Shown: positions 21,613 to 31,518, numbered from the stretch's first letter. The stretch is 64,000 nucleotides of DNA from Candidatus Latescibacterota bacterium (GCA_965200315.1 OZ241362.1:1408001-1472000), one strand, 5' to 3'. Numbers and translations: made by a program. The notes: generated by a model from the sequence alone, not told the origin.

Positions 21613-21642
21613 TTCGGCGAGCTCAGTCGAGTCGTGAAGCCC
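21613..21642. repeat. Intergenic REP-like copy
   Basis: TTCGGCGAGCTCAGTCGAGTCGTGAAGCCC, the inverse of 18954-18984 with a 1-nt indel. Confidence 0.7.
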
Positions 21643-21722
21643 CGGAATGACGACGGGCGGAGCCGCAAGCGGCAGCCCCGACATAAAGCGGCGTAACATC
21701 TGTTACTAAACCACGGAAAGTC

Positions 21723-24026
21723 TCAATACACCACTGAAACCACGCGCCGGACGCGCTGCTGATGGGCGTCTCCATCGAGGTGGAGTTCGAGCAGATAGAG
21801 GCCGGGCGGCACTAGTTGCCCTGCTTGGTCGCGGCCATCCCAAGTGAAGTCCTGAGCACCCGCAGTAACAGCTTGGGAGCGCTCGACGAGCGCGTGCCCG
21901 GCCAAGTCGTAGAGCCGCAGGTGCCAAGGGCGCGGTTCGAGAATGTTGATCACATCGGCGCGGACGGCGAGTGCGTCGTTTATACCGTCGCCGTTGGGCG
22001 TCAGTACCTCAGTATCGAAGAGGACGTTGAGCAAAAGATCGCGGGCGACGGGCAGGCCGACGACGTTGGTGCTGCTGGCGACTTGATCGGTAGCATCCCC
22101 GGGATCGACGCGCTGGCGGCTGGCGTCCTCAGTGCGCGCGTCTTGAATGAAAAGGACGAAAGGGGTGGACTGCTGAAATACTTGGGCGGCAAAGCGCAAT
22201 TCGACGAGGTCGTCATCGCTCAGCGGCTGGGGGAAAGTCACCGCAAAGCCAGCTTCGACCGGCCGGTCTGCGACCTCCAAGGGCGCGTCGTTGACCAAGG
22301 CGCGGATAAAGTGCGCCGGCGTCGGCGTCTCCAAGACGAGACGGTCGAATCCAGATGCCCGCGTCGCACGCGGACGCAAGAAGAAGCGGAATTCGGTTTC
22401 CTCGCCCGGCAAAACCTGAGTCGGGAAAATCTCGCTGACAGCGCGCTGAGATAATGGGTCGCTGAACGCTATACTGAGCGCGTCGAGTTGAAGTGCCACC
22501 GACGGATCGGCAGTGACCATCCGCATCTGTAGCTGAGCGTAGCGCCGCGGCGAAGGCGACTGGAACTCCTGGCCGGAGAAGGCGTAGAGCTTGCTCCACG
22601 CGCTCCAGTCGCCGCCGATGACCTGAGAGGTGTCAATAGGCCCTTTGAAGCTCGGAATCAGCTTGTTGTATTTCCTCTCGGTGACTTGCTTGCCGTTCTT
22701 GTCGTAGTAGGTGAGCAGGTTTTCGACCTCGTTGCCGGAGCGGCTGCGCAGCTCCAGTCGGGTGTCCGGCGGGATGGCGGCTTCCCAAGATAGGGAGTTG
22801 AGGCTTTGGGGGCTTTGGAAATCCATGATGTGCGAGCGAAATTCCAAGTTCTGCGGGAAGCCCTCGCCGAACACCTGAAGCTCTTCGGCAAACCCCCGGA
22901 AGGCCCAGCGATTGCTCGCGTCCCAACTCTTCCACAGCACCCGGATAAAGCGGGTGGGCACCAGCCCGAACTCGTGGGTGGCGGCACCGGTTACTTGTTT
23001 GACGTATTCGCTAGCAGTGCCGGAATAGTACTTCTGCCAGATCAGAGTCCCATCGGGCGCCACGGACCCGTCGGAACCGAGCACTTCGTAGAAATTGAAC
23101 CCAAAGGAGCGCCGAGTGACGAAGAAGTCGATGAACCGGCCGCTGCCTCCGGTAATGCCGCCGCCGGGCCGAGCCACTACGCCGCCGACGATTTTGAACT
23201 TATCGACAAAGTAGGTGGCACCTAAGTCGAGGACGATGTGCGAAAAAACGTCGCGCTCGGCTTGGATGGTGCGCCGCACAAACCAACGAGTGGAGAGATC
23301 GCCGTCAATGAGCACTTGGGCATTGCCCAGCGGAATGAGGTCTTGGGTGACAAACGCATCGAGCACAACTTCGAGATTGCCGCCGCGTTCGAGCGTCCTC
23401 AAGGCTAGATTGTCGCCTAGCGCTTCGACCTCGACTTCGAGAAGGCGAGTGTCCGGTTCGAGGGCGAGCAAGTCCAAGCGCACGTACTGGATCGGCGTGT
23501 GAGAGGACTGGTCGAGTTCATAAGTAATCTCGTGGCGGGTGTTCTCCTTGAAGCGCTCGCGCTGGCGATAGATGACGCTTTCGGCGATGGGATTATCGAC
23601 CTCATCAACGGCGTGTTCGCCAGTGGAAAGCAGCAAGTCAAAAAGCACCGGAGCCGGCCCTTGGGGATCGAAGATCAGCTTGACGCGGCGAGCGGAGACG
23701 CCCCGGCCCAAATTGACCTCAATGGTCCAGCTTTCAGGGGGATCGCTCAGATGAGGATGCCAGCCAGTGGAGCGATTGCCATCCATGACCAGCGGCGCGT
23801 CTCTTAGATTGGAACCAGCGCGGCGGATGCCGCCGCCAAAAGCTGCGGCATTGAGCACGGCATTGATGTTGCGGCGGGCAGCGATGGGCTTGAGGGCACC
23901 TTGTGGAGTCAGCTCAACCGTGCCGGGCAGCGGCCAAGCCTGCCAGTCGCGGCGCGAGCCAAAGCGAATCTCGTCGGCACTCGCCGAAGGCACGGAAAAG
24001 GCGCAGACAACCGCACATATAGCCAT
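21723..24026 (-). CDS. Large secreted protein with discoidin-like modules and C-terminal FlgD Ig-like domain
   Basis: Signal remnant AVVCAFSVPSASA; DG..ST.W and IVLDLG modules; C-terminal TPNGDGIND...YDLAG...WDGRDQAGQLVPPGLY. Confidence 0.8.
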   Translation of the reverse strand: MAICAVVCAFSVPSASADEIRFGSRRDWQAWPLPGTVELTPQGALKPIAARRNINAVLNAAAFGGGIRRAGSNLRDAPLVMDGNRSTGWHPHLSDPPESWTIEVNLGRGVSARRVKLIFDPQGPAPVLFDLLLSTGEHAVDEVDNPIAESVIYRQRERFKENTRHEITYELDQSSHTPIQYVRLDLLALEPDTRLLEVEVEALGDNLALRTLERGGNLEVVLDAFVTQDLIPLGNAQVLIDGDLSTRWFVRRTIQAERDVFSHIVLDLGATYFVDKFKIVGGVVARPGGGITGGSGRFIDFFVTRRSFGFNFYEVLGSDGSVAPDGTLIWQKYYSGTASEYVKQVTGAATHEFGLVPTRFIRVLWKSWDASNRWAFRGFAEELQVFGEGFPQNLEFRSHIMDFQSPQSLNSLSWEAAIPPDTRLELRSRSGNEVENLLTYYDKNGKQVTERKYNKLIPSFKGPIDTSQVIGGDWSAWSKLYAFSGQEFQSPSPRRYAQLQMRMVTADPSVALQLDALSIAFSDPLSQRAVSEIFPTQVLPGEETEFRFFLRPRATRASGFDRLVLETPTPAHFIRALVNDAPLEVADRPVEAGFAVTFPQPLSDDDLVELRFAAQVFQQSTPFVLFIQDARTEDASRQRVDPGDATDQVASSTNVVGLPVARDLLLNVLFDTEVLTPNGDGINDALAVRADVINILEPRPWHLRLYDLAGHALVERSQAVTAGAQDFTWDGRDQAGQLVPPGLYLLELHLDGDAHQQRVRRVVSVVY

Positions 24027-24132
24027 CCCGAATGATTGAACAATTCGAGAAGCGGATCGTCTTGGTTCTACTATTCTGTGTCCATCTGAGTCCATCTGCG
24101 GATCATCTTGTGAGTGATGTAGGATGGCTATA
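24018..24132. mobile_element. MITE with TATAG...CTATA ends (IS630/Tc1-type TA target)
   Basis: Left TATAGCCATCCCGAAT, right ATGTAGGATGGCTATA; removing it restores an intact signal peptide in the flanking gene. Confidence 0.8.
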
Positions 24133-24166
24133 ACAGCGGTGAAGTGCTCCCACCTAGCTTCAAACC

Positions 24167-24967
24167 CTACTTCTGCAAGACGCTGCCCGCGCCGTGGCGA
24201 TCCCAAATCCCCACCGCCCCGTTGCGCTGCCCATCGGCCCCCAAGAAGACGAGGTGGGTTCCATTGGCGGCGTTGACGTGCAAGCCACCGTTGCCGCCAG
24301 CACCCGCGCCTGCGTAGATCAGGTTGTCGCCGGTGCGGCTATTGATCAGCAGGCCACCATTTTGCGACGAATCGGCACCAGCGAGGAAGACGTTGACGCC
24401 CGCGGCATTGTTGGCCATCAGCAAGCCACTGCCTTCATCTTCACCCGCAGCGATTAGCAAATTGCCAACTGCGCTCCGCAGGGCCAAGTGGCCGCTGCCT
24501 ATCTCACTTGCGCCTAGGTACGCCAACTGCTCGCCCGCGGCGTTGTACACCTGCACCGCACCTCCCTCTTGATCGCTGCTCACAACCGAGACCAGCGGTG
24601 CGCCAGTAGCCGTGTTGACCACCAGCAAGCCGTGGCCAGTTGCGTCGGTACTGAGGCTAACTCCGCCCTCGCCTTTGCCAGCTCCCACCCACAAAGCACC
24701 GTTCTGGCGCTCGTCAGCCGTAGCTACGAGCACGGGTTGCCCCTCGTCGTTGAGGATTTCAATGGCGCGGGCGCGAACCACATCGGCCCCGGATGCCGTA
24801 CTCATCAAGGCGGTACTCAGCGACGCGCTCAGCACAATGGCAACGTCGGTTAGGGCTAGCGCGGCCAGCAGCGCCAAGAGGCGACGGCCAATGTAACGTT
24901 CCAAAGAAGCGTACGGTTGAAAGGTGTGCATACGTCTCCTCTCGATAAAAATCGGTTTTTCACTCAC
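24167..24967 (-). CDS. Membrane-anchored protein with ~23-aa beta-repeats
   Basis: N-terminal hydrophobic helix, then about 8 repeats of xLxxxNxxGxxxxxxGAxxxxNG. Confidence 0.7.
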   Translation of the reverse strand: MSEKPIFIERRRMHTFQPYASLERYIGRRLLALLAALALTDVAIVLSASLSTALMSTASGADVVRARAIEILNDEGQPVLVATADERQNGALWVGAGKGEGGVSLSTDATGHGLLVVNTATGAPLVSVVSSDQEGGAVQVYNAAGEQLAYLGASEIGSGHLALRSAVGNLLIAAGEDEGSGLLMANNAAGVNVFLAGADSSQNGGLLINSRTGDNLIYAGAGAGGNGGLHVNAANGTHLVFLGADGQRNGAVGIWDRHGAGSVLQK

Positions 24968-25013
24968 CGCCTAGAGCTTATTTTGCATGGCAAACCTACA
25001 CAAGGAGACATTC

Positions 25014-26222
25014 ATGGCCAAGATCAAGGAAGTTCGCTGCATCCGCACCCGCCAGAACGGCACGTGGGTCATCGTCAAGATCATCACCGACCAGCCCGGC
25101 CTCTACGGCATCGGCTCGGCCAGCGAGCACAACCACGCCGCCACCGTCGCCACGGCCCTCGAAGAGAGCTTGGGACCGCTGCTAATTGGCCGCGAGGCCA
25201 GCCGCATCGAAGACATCTGGCAGTGCGTGTACAACAGCGGCTACTGGCGCAGCGGCTCCATCCTCAACGCCGCGTTAGGCGGCATTGACATGGCCCTGTG
25301 GGACATCAAGGGCAAAGAGGCCGGGATGCCCGTGTACGACCTGTTAGGCGGAGCCTGCCGCGCCGCGGTCCCCTGCTACGCCCATGCTGGCGGCGGCGAT
25401 CACGAGTCGCTCGCCGATGACATCCAGCGCTACATCGACGAGGGCTGGCCGGTAATCCGCTGCCAACTCGGCGGCTACGGCGGCGGCGGTTTCGTGGAAA
25501 ACGCCCTCAAGCCGCGCAATGCTTGGTCGGCAGCACCCGCCTTTGACGACGAAGCCTATCTAGAGGCCATTCCCGCGATGTTCGAGTACTTGCGCGACAA
25601 GCTCGGTTTTGGCCCCAAGCTCACCCACGACGTCCACGAGCACCTCAAACCGCAAATCGCAGTGGCACTGGCCAAGCGGCTGGAACCCTACCGGCTATTT
25701 TTTCTCGAAGACGCCCTAGCACCCGAGCAGATCGGCTGGTACCGGCTCATGCGCCAGCAATGCACCACGCCGCAGGCCATGGGCGAGCTATTCGTCAATG
25801 TCCACGAATACCTGCCGCTGATCAGCGAGCGCCTCATCGACTACATCCGCATCCGAGTGGCCAAAGGCGGCGGCATCACCCCCTGCCGCAAAATCGCCGC
25901 GCTCTGCGAGTTTTACGGCGTACAGACCGCTTGGCAGGAAGGTGGAGACAACGATCCGGTCAACCAAGCGGCGGCCATGCACCTCGACATGGCGAGCTAC
26001 AGCTTCGGAATCCAAGAGGAAAACGGTTTCAGCCCAGCAGAGCTGGAGGCGTTCCCCGGACACGCTACTATGGAAGGGGGGTACATGTATCCCAACGACC
26101 AGCCGGGGTTAGGGATCGACATCGACGAAGAGAAGGCGAAGAAGCTGTTGGTCGGTGACCAAGTGCGCGCCTTTTACGCGGCCGAGGACCGCCGCGCCGA
26201 CGGCAGCGTGGTGCGGCCCTAA
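25014..26222 (+). CDS. RspA/ManD-like sugar-acid dehydratase (enolase superfamily)
   Basis: VIVKIITDQPGLYG, IEDIWQ..Y.SGYWR, DMALWDIKGK, HDVHE, FFLED, MGELF, PGLGIDID. Confidence 0.9.
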   Translation: MAKIKEVRCIRTRQNGTWVIVKIITDQPGLYGIGSASEHNHAATVATALEESLGPLLIGREASRIEDIWQCVYNSGYWRSGSILNAALGGIDMALWDIKGKEAGMPVYDLLGGACRAAVPCYAHAGGGDHESLADDIQRYIDEGWPVIRCQLGGYGGGGFVENALKPRNAWSAAPAFDDEAYLEAIPAMFEYLRDKLGFGPKLTHDVHEHLKPQIAVALAKRLEPYRLFFLEDALAPEQIGWYRLMRQQCTTPQAMGELFVNVHEYLPLISERLIDYIRIRVAKGGGITPCRKIAALCEFYGVQTAWQEGGDNDPVNQAAAMHLDMASYSFGIQEENGFSPAELEAFPGHATMEGGYMYPNDQPGLGIDIDEEKAKKLLVGDQVRAFYAAEDRRADGSVVRP

Positions 26223-26251
26223 GTGGCGGGGCCTCCCCACTCCAGCACTCT

Positions 26252-26482
26252 TATAGCCATCCTACATGAGTTGCGGGGCAGGCGGGATGGCACACGGTCA
26301 GCGCAACCCCGCTGGGATCGAGGGCATCCTGCCCTCGAAAAACGCCGGCTGCTTAGGCTACGCGCCCGCTGCGCCCCGCCGCCCGCCGCTCCTCCTGCGC
26401 GGGGTCGTCGGTGCCTGCGTCCTTAGCCAGCCTGCGGGCGCGCCGCCTGCCCTATCGTAGGAACGATGTAGGACTACCTATA
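26252..26482. mobile_element. Second MITE of the TATAGCCATCCTACAT family
   Basis: Left TATAGCCATCCTACAT, degenerate right end ATGTAGGACTACCTATA; GC-rich non-coding interior. Confidence 0.65.
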
Positions 26483-26483
26483 A

Positions 26484-26700
26484 GGAGACCCGGCCAGCGG
26501 CAAGACATCGCCGCCGCGCATCCCGCTGTCGTTGCCGACCTGCGCACGGCATACGATGACTGGTGGAAGCTCGTGTCCGCACAATTCGACCGCGACGAGC
26601 CGATGGCCTTGGGGGGGACGACCAACCCGCCAAACTCACCACCCACGATATTCGCAATGAGGTGTGCAGTGCCGTGTGGAATCAGCACCACGTTCATTCG
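26484..26700 (+). pseudogene. Arylsulfatase C-terminal relic
   Basis: PGQRQDIAAAHPAVVADLRTAYDDWW...then frameshift in a G run to DQPAKLTTHDIRNE..AVWNQHHV. Confidence 0.6.
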
Positions 26701-26718
26701 TCTGCGCCGCCTAGGGCG

Positions 26719-27210
26719 TCATCCTTCCTGAGAATCGCGGCCCAGTTCCTCGTCGAATAGCCGTTTGGCTTTGGTAGCGGCCCATTGCTCGCAGGCGCGG
26801 GCGGCTTGGGTGGTTGGCTCGCGAATATCCGGGGGAACCGGAAGACCGAGTTCACCAAGCGCATATTCCACCGCTTCTTGAAGCTGTTGTTGCTCCCATA
26901 GCCATTCTTCGGAGTTGAGATACAGAATCGGCATGGCCAGCACTTCCTCTCGACCAGCGAGCAGCTTCTGCAAAACAGTCCGTGATGCCCCACGACGATT
27001 GCGTTCGAGACGCAGCTCGTAGCGGAGCATCTCGTCGCGATAGGTCTCTACCCGCTGTCGGACGAAAGAACATTGCTCTCGGAATGTGGGGGAGGGAGGG
27101 CTGGGCTCTACGGTTGGCGTACTTGCGCTACGACGCCTACGCCGTATCACAATGCCGCCTACAATGACCGCAGTACCGGCGGCCAAAATCACGAGACTCT
27201 TCGTATCCAT
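26719..27210 (-). CDS. Small N-terminally membrane-anchored helical protein (last gene of the dynamin operon)
   Basis: TM helix LVILAAGTAVIVGGIVI followed by RRRRR; ATG directly follows the stop of the dynamin-like gene; AGGAG RBS. Confidence 0.75.
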   Translation of the reverse strand: MDTKSLVILAAGTAVIVGGIVIRRRRRSASTPTVEPSPPSPTFREQCSFVRQRVETYRDEMLRYELRLERNRRGASRTVLQKLLAGREEVLAMPILYLNSEEWLWEQQQLQEAVEYALGELGLPVPPDIREPTTQAARACEQWAATKAKRLFDEELGRDSQEG

Positions 27211-29193
27211 TTAGGCACTCCTCGCCAAGTCATATTCAGCGTTAAGCGCGTCCACTTGCAGCTTTCGACGCTCCAATTCCGCAATCCCATCTTCAATGTC
27301 GCGCCGCTTGTCCTTATCGGACGCATTTTCCTTTTCCAACTCTTCCAATAGCTTCTGCCTTTTATCGAGATTGCTCTGACAACTACCTTCCATTGGGCTA
27401 AGAGCCTTTTGTCCGAGATTGTACAACTCTCGGCCAGCGTGTGCAGAGATTTCTTCAAGAGTGTTTCCCAGGTGCGATCCAAGTTCAGTTATCAACTTCT
27501 TAACAGCATCTCTTCTGCCTGCCTCCGTATTAAAAAGACCCGCCCAAAAACCAGTGGCCTCTTTCACAGCCTTCTTCAGAGTCAAACTGTCAAGCTTGTT
27601 GAGCAGTTCCGCTTCTCCGCCTTTGCAAATGGTGTGAGATGAGATCGGCAGTAAGTGAGGCTGTGGCACGCTGGCTTTTAATCCGCTTGCCAGCAATTTA
27701 TCTTTCAGATCACACTCCGCCTGATCGAGCGTACCTTCCATTTTCTCCACGACCTCTGTGATAGTATTCGCAAGCGTGTCACGCTCGTGATACAATCTGT
27801 CTTGAATGCTCCATGTTGCTTCGCCTGCCAAATTGTTGAGAGACTTTACCTGTTTAAGGTCATCTTCGATCCCTTGAATGACTTTCTTTTTTGTTTCCTT
27901 AAAGCTGCCGTGCAGAGATACTAGTGCTTCGTTAATATCCTTTTCGAACTTCGCTCGCACGTTATGGGCAACTGAACCTATCAAACTAATGCTTTCGGAG
28001 ACCCGCTCTTTTTCTTCGCGGCGCTCTTCCTGCGATGCGTTGACAGCATTGAGATTAGCCGTCAATACCGCCTTGGCCTGAGAGATGCCCGCATCGGCAC
28101 TTTCAAAGACGCTGTCCAAGCGCCTTTGATGCGCCTCGATAATACCATCGCCTTTGGTGACGATGATTCGTCGTTCAATGACACTGCGGAGTTGCTCGAT
28201 ACCGTGCTGCTCTGGATCCAAATAGCCCCTATCAGATAGTTTCCGTTCATGCCATTTCAAATCCTCGGACAGGGGACGACCGGCTGCCTGCATGGCGGAA
28301 ATAAGCGCACCGAGGCCACTGACGAGTACGATCTGGTCGTCATCTCCAAACAGGGACTTCATCCTCAAGTCGCCGCTGTCCCGGATATTCCGAATGTGGC
28401 TCTGAATGGCCTCTTTGTTGGGTTGCGTGTCGCACTTGTTCACCGCGATGATGCGCCGCTGGGGATTGATGTGTGCCAAGTGCTCGTCAATAAACTTCAC
28501 GTCCGCCGCAGTCATGCCCGCGCTCCCGGCAAAAGTGACGTACACCACAGCGTCGGCACGCTCGATCCACTCGCGGGTGATTTTGTCGCGCTCCGGGTTC
28601 GGATCATTGGTTCCGGGGGTATCAGCTACTGTCACTTGATGGAGCCACGGACGATCCGCCCATAACTGCACATAGTTGACATACGCACTGTATAGGCCTC
28701 CGCGACTGCATACCGCCGCAAACTGGCCGAGCTTATCGAGACCCTCCTCAGAAATGACCTGTGCCGGGGTGGTGAGCAGGTCGGGTTCCTTGATCCCCTC
28801 CGCCCGAGCTTTCTCCCGCGCCTCCGCGAGTTCCTGCGCGGAGCGTTCATCCGGCTTGCTGGATTCCACCACCTGGAGAAACTCGTCATGCGTGTACAGC
28901 GTGGCCTCAACGCGCTCTGTCGCACCCCCTTCCATGAGTGCGATCTTGGCCGTCATGGTCGTAACGTGACTTGGCAGCACCTCCTCCGAAAAAAGCAGGG
29001 CGTTGAGCAGGGTCGATTTCCCGCTGTTCATCTCACCACAGACCGCTACAACGAAGCGATCGGCTTGCAGGTTGGTTTTTGCCTCCTGAAGTGCCGCCAC
29101 GTCTGCCTTTAGCAATTCATGGTTCTCAATGACGCGGTCGTACCACTCACAGAGGGCTGCTCGGTGCGTTTGGTAATCTTGAAAGTCCTTCAT
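27211..29193 (-). CDS. Dynamin-like GTPase C
   Basis: G1 GEMNSGKSTLLNAL, G2 TTMTA, G3 DTPG, G4 NKCD; long helical stalk. Confidence 0.9.
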   Translation of the reverse strand: MKDFQDYQTHRAALCEWYDRVIENHELLKADVAALQEAKTNLQADRFVVAVCGEMNSGKSTLLNALLFSEEVLPSHVTTMTAKIALMEGGATERVEATLYTHDEFLQVVESSKPDERSAQELAEAREKARAEGIKEPDLLTTPAQVISEEGLDKLGQFAAVCSRGGLYSAYVNYVQLWADRPWLHQVTVADTPGTNDPNPERDKITREWIERADAVVYVTFAGSAGMTAADVKFIDEHLAHINPQRRIIAVNKCDTQPNKEAIQSHIRNIRDSGDLRMKSLFGDDDQIVLVSGLGALISAMQAAGRPLSEDLKWHERKLSDRGYLDPEQHGIEQLRSVIERRIIVTKGDGIIEAHQRRLDSVFESADAGISQAKAVLTANLNAVNASQEERREEKERVSESISLIGSVAHNVRAKFEKDINEALVSLHGSFKETKKKVIQGIEDDLKQVKSLNNLAGEATWSIQDRLYHERDTLANTITEVVEKMEGTLDQAECDLKDKLLASGLKASVPQPHLLPISSHTICKGGEAELLNKLDSLTLKKAVKEATGFWAGLFNTEAGRRDAVKKLITELGSHLGNTLEEISAHAGRELYNLGQKALSPMEGSCQSNLDKRQKLLEELEKENASDKDKRRDIEDGIAELERRKLQVDALNAEYDLARSA

Positions 29194-31112
29194 CAGGGTG
29201 TATACTCCTTCATTTTATTGATCCGTTCTTGGAGTTTCCTCAATTCTTGGAGTTTCCTCAATTCTGCGGTGATTGTGGTTGATTTCGTAATGACGGCTTT
29301 CGTTAGCTTATCTATCACCTCCTGAATGCCCAGAGCACTGATATTGTCTTCCCGCGACGCAAAAGACTTAAAATCTGAGATTATACGGTTAAAGTACGCG
29401 TCTCTAGAATTTTTATCCTCATCTTCGTACTGCCAAAGCTTCCCTCTTCCTATTCCTATATACTTTCCTCTTTTATCTTTTTGTACTGTTTCTTGAACTG
29501 CGCTGCGAATCAGAGCAAGAACATTTTTCTTCAGATCTTCAACAACTTGTTGAGGTGTGAAGTCGAAGTTGACATCAAGAGACTCTTTTAAATATGAAAG
29601 TCGCCGTTGATATATGCCAGCTATACGACGCCAATTACCGTGCCTATTCATTACTGCAGGTGCTTTGCCTACGCGAACATGAACTTGATAATATGAAGTA
29701 TCCCCCGAAACCCCCTTTTTAATTCGCGGGCTTTTGGGAACCCGAGATATTCCATCAAATACATCTATGAAAATCTCGTTGATATGTTTGAGCGTATAGC
29801 CTTCCGCTTCTTTGATATTTTTGATATTTTTGATATGTTTGATTTCACCACCATCATCACCTCCTCCTGAAAACTCACTGAGCGCACTTTTCAGTACTTG
29901 ATCCAAAGCAGAACGCGTCGTTCGCCAGTCCTCTCGCAGTTGCAAGGTGTTGCGGTGAAACTGCTGTTTAAGCAAGACGTGTCGTTCGGCTGTCACTTTC
30001 TTCACCATCTCGGTAAGTTGCTCGTGGGATACCAGTTCAGAGTTCGATGAGGTGGGCACATCGTACACGTTTCCACTGATATCAAGTTGGTAGCTCTCTG
30101 GAGTTAGCTTGGCCGAGATATTTTCGTTAAATGAACCTCGCGCCTTGTACGCCGATCGCATGCGCTGCATTGCCATGTCCAGCGCGTCGAGCGGTTTCTC
30201 ATCTTCGGCTTCATTCAACTGCAACGCAGAAACAAGTACGACATCGCGAAATAGATCACTGTGCCGCTCCTTGCAGAAACGCTCTACCTCCCTACGTTGC
30301 GATGGCGGCAGTTGTTCAGCCTTGTTGATCAAGAGAAATACGGGCTGCCGAGACTCGTTAGCCGAATTTTGCGACAGTTGATATAACTGTTTCAACAGCG
30401 TATCCGATGGGTTGCCCTTATCAGCATCCATGAGCACGAACAGCACGTCTGAGCCCATGACAGCCTTTTCGGTCACCTTGGTATCACTCGTATTTGGGGG
30501 CGGGGCATTAAACCCGGGCATATCGACAAGTCGAATATGATGGAGAATCGGGGAATTTACCGAGATGCGAAAGGTATGCGGCTCGCCGTTGCCCTCTTTC
30601 TCATGGCTAGCCAACGCGCGATATTTCGATTTGTCTAGAGGGACCCACGTTCCGCCCGCCGATTTCTGCTCAATACGTTCCTGGTCGCCATGGACGAAGT
30701 GCGTTACGGATGCAGTCGTTGGCTCATCGCCCACCGGGCACATATCCATTCCCAGTAGCGCATTGATGAACGTCGATTTACCCGAATTGAAGTCCCCGAC
30801 CACCGATACGGTCAAAAGACCGAGACCCTCTTGATGCTCGCGTTGCTCGACGAGGTGGTCGATCAAGCCCCTCTCCAAGGCAGTCAACCTATGCGCTAGA
30901 CTGCCGGTCGACAGATCGAGTTCAGCATCGGCAGACTGGTCTCGAACGGACCGCAAGACGCGGAGACACTCGGCAGACTGGTCTCGAACGGACCGCAAGA
31001 CGCGGAGACACTCAATAGTAGCGTTGAGATCGGTCCCATCTGATGTCCCGTTCGAGGGGACAAATCCCTGCCCGTCGGCAGACTGGTCTGCATTGCTAGA
31101 AGGAATGACCAT
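29193..31112 (-). CDS. Dynamin-like GTPase B (start uncertain)
   Basis: G1 GDFNSGKSTFINAL, G2 PTTA, G3 DMPG, G4 NKAE; TGA overlaps the ATG of the next gene. Confidence 0.88.
   Translation of the reverse strand: MVIPSSNADQSADGQGFVPSNGTSDGTDLNATIECLRVLRSVRDQSAECLRVLRSVRDQSADAELDLSTGSLAHRLTALERGLIDHLVEQREHQEGLGLLTVSVVGDFNSGKSTFINALLGMDMCPVGDEPTTASVTHFVHGDQERIEQKSAGGTWVPLDKSKYRALASHEKEGNGEPHTFRISVNSPILHHIRLVDMPGFNAPPPNTSDTKVTEKAVMGSDVLFVLMDADKGNPSDTLLKQLYQLSQNSANESRQPVFLLINKAEQLPPSQRREVERFCKERHSDLFRDVVLVSALQLNEAEDEKPLDALDMAMQRMRSAYKARGSFNENISAKLTPESYQLDISGNVYDVPTSSNSELVSHEQLTEMVKKVTAERHVLLKQQFHRNTLQLREDWRTTRSALDQVLKSALSEFSGGGDDGGEIKHIKNIKNIKEAEGYTLKHINEIFIDVFDGISRVPKSPRIKKGVSGDTSYYQVHVRVGKAPAVMNRHGNWRRIAGIYQRRLSYLKESLDVNFDFTPQQVVEDLKKNVLALIRSAVQETVQKDKRGKYIGIGRGKLWQYEDEDKNSRDAYFNRIISDFKSFASREDNISALGIQEVIDKLTKAVITKSTTITAELRKLQELRKLQERINKMKEYTP
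30928..31013. repeat. Perfect 42-bp tandem duplication (ECLRVLRSVRDQSA x2)
   Basis: TCGGCAGACTGGTCTCGAACGGACCGCAAGACGCGGAGACAC occurs twice, in frame. Confidence 0.95.
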
Positions 31113-31362
31113 CGCGGTTGCTCTGAGCGGTACGGCGTTGGGGTTGGGGTAATCTGGCGATACGAGACTTTGCAGTACGCTGAACGCCGACGCGGCGGTC
31201 TCCTTGCACATAACGTTTTATGTCTGTTGCATCATTCATCTTTTGGATGTTAGCGATGGCGTTTTTTGCGGACGTTTTTCGAGAGGACATGGGGTTGGAT
31301 TCGGTATCTTCGGTAGCGTCGGGCCGTGTCCGCTTAAACAATTTAAACCATTTGAAGCTCAT
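31096..31362 (-). CDS. Small basic protein, or frameshifted N-terminus of dynamin B
   Basis: AGGAG RBS 7 nt before the ATG; helical motif AIANIQKMNDATDIKRYVQGDRRVGVQRTAKSRIARL. Confidence 0.6.
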   Translation of the reverse strand: MSFKWFKLFKRTRPDATEDTESNPMSSRKTSAKNAIANIQKMNDATDIKRYVQGDRRVGVQRTAKSRIARLPQPQRRTAQSNRDGHSF

Positions 31363-31446
31363 CTGTTAGCTCCTGTGTCTGCCCCAGCGTAGAATTTTTA
31401 GTTAAAATGCGAATCGCCCTTCCGCTACTCCGGTTGGTCGGTTGTC

Positions 31447-31478
31447 TCCCTGCTCACCTGCGGGTGGGTGAGCAGGGA
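31447..31478. terminator. 12-bp GC hairpin between dynamin A and the downstream genes
   Basis: TCCCTGCTCACC-N8-GGTGAGCAGGGA; no U-tract, so it may be a stabiliser or pause site rather than a terminator. Confidence 0.4.
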
Positions 31479-31518
31479 CCAACGCTCGCGCTCCCAAAAC
31501 GAATTTTAAGACCGCTTC

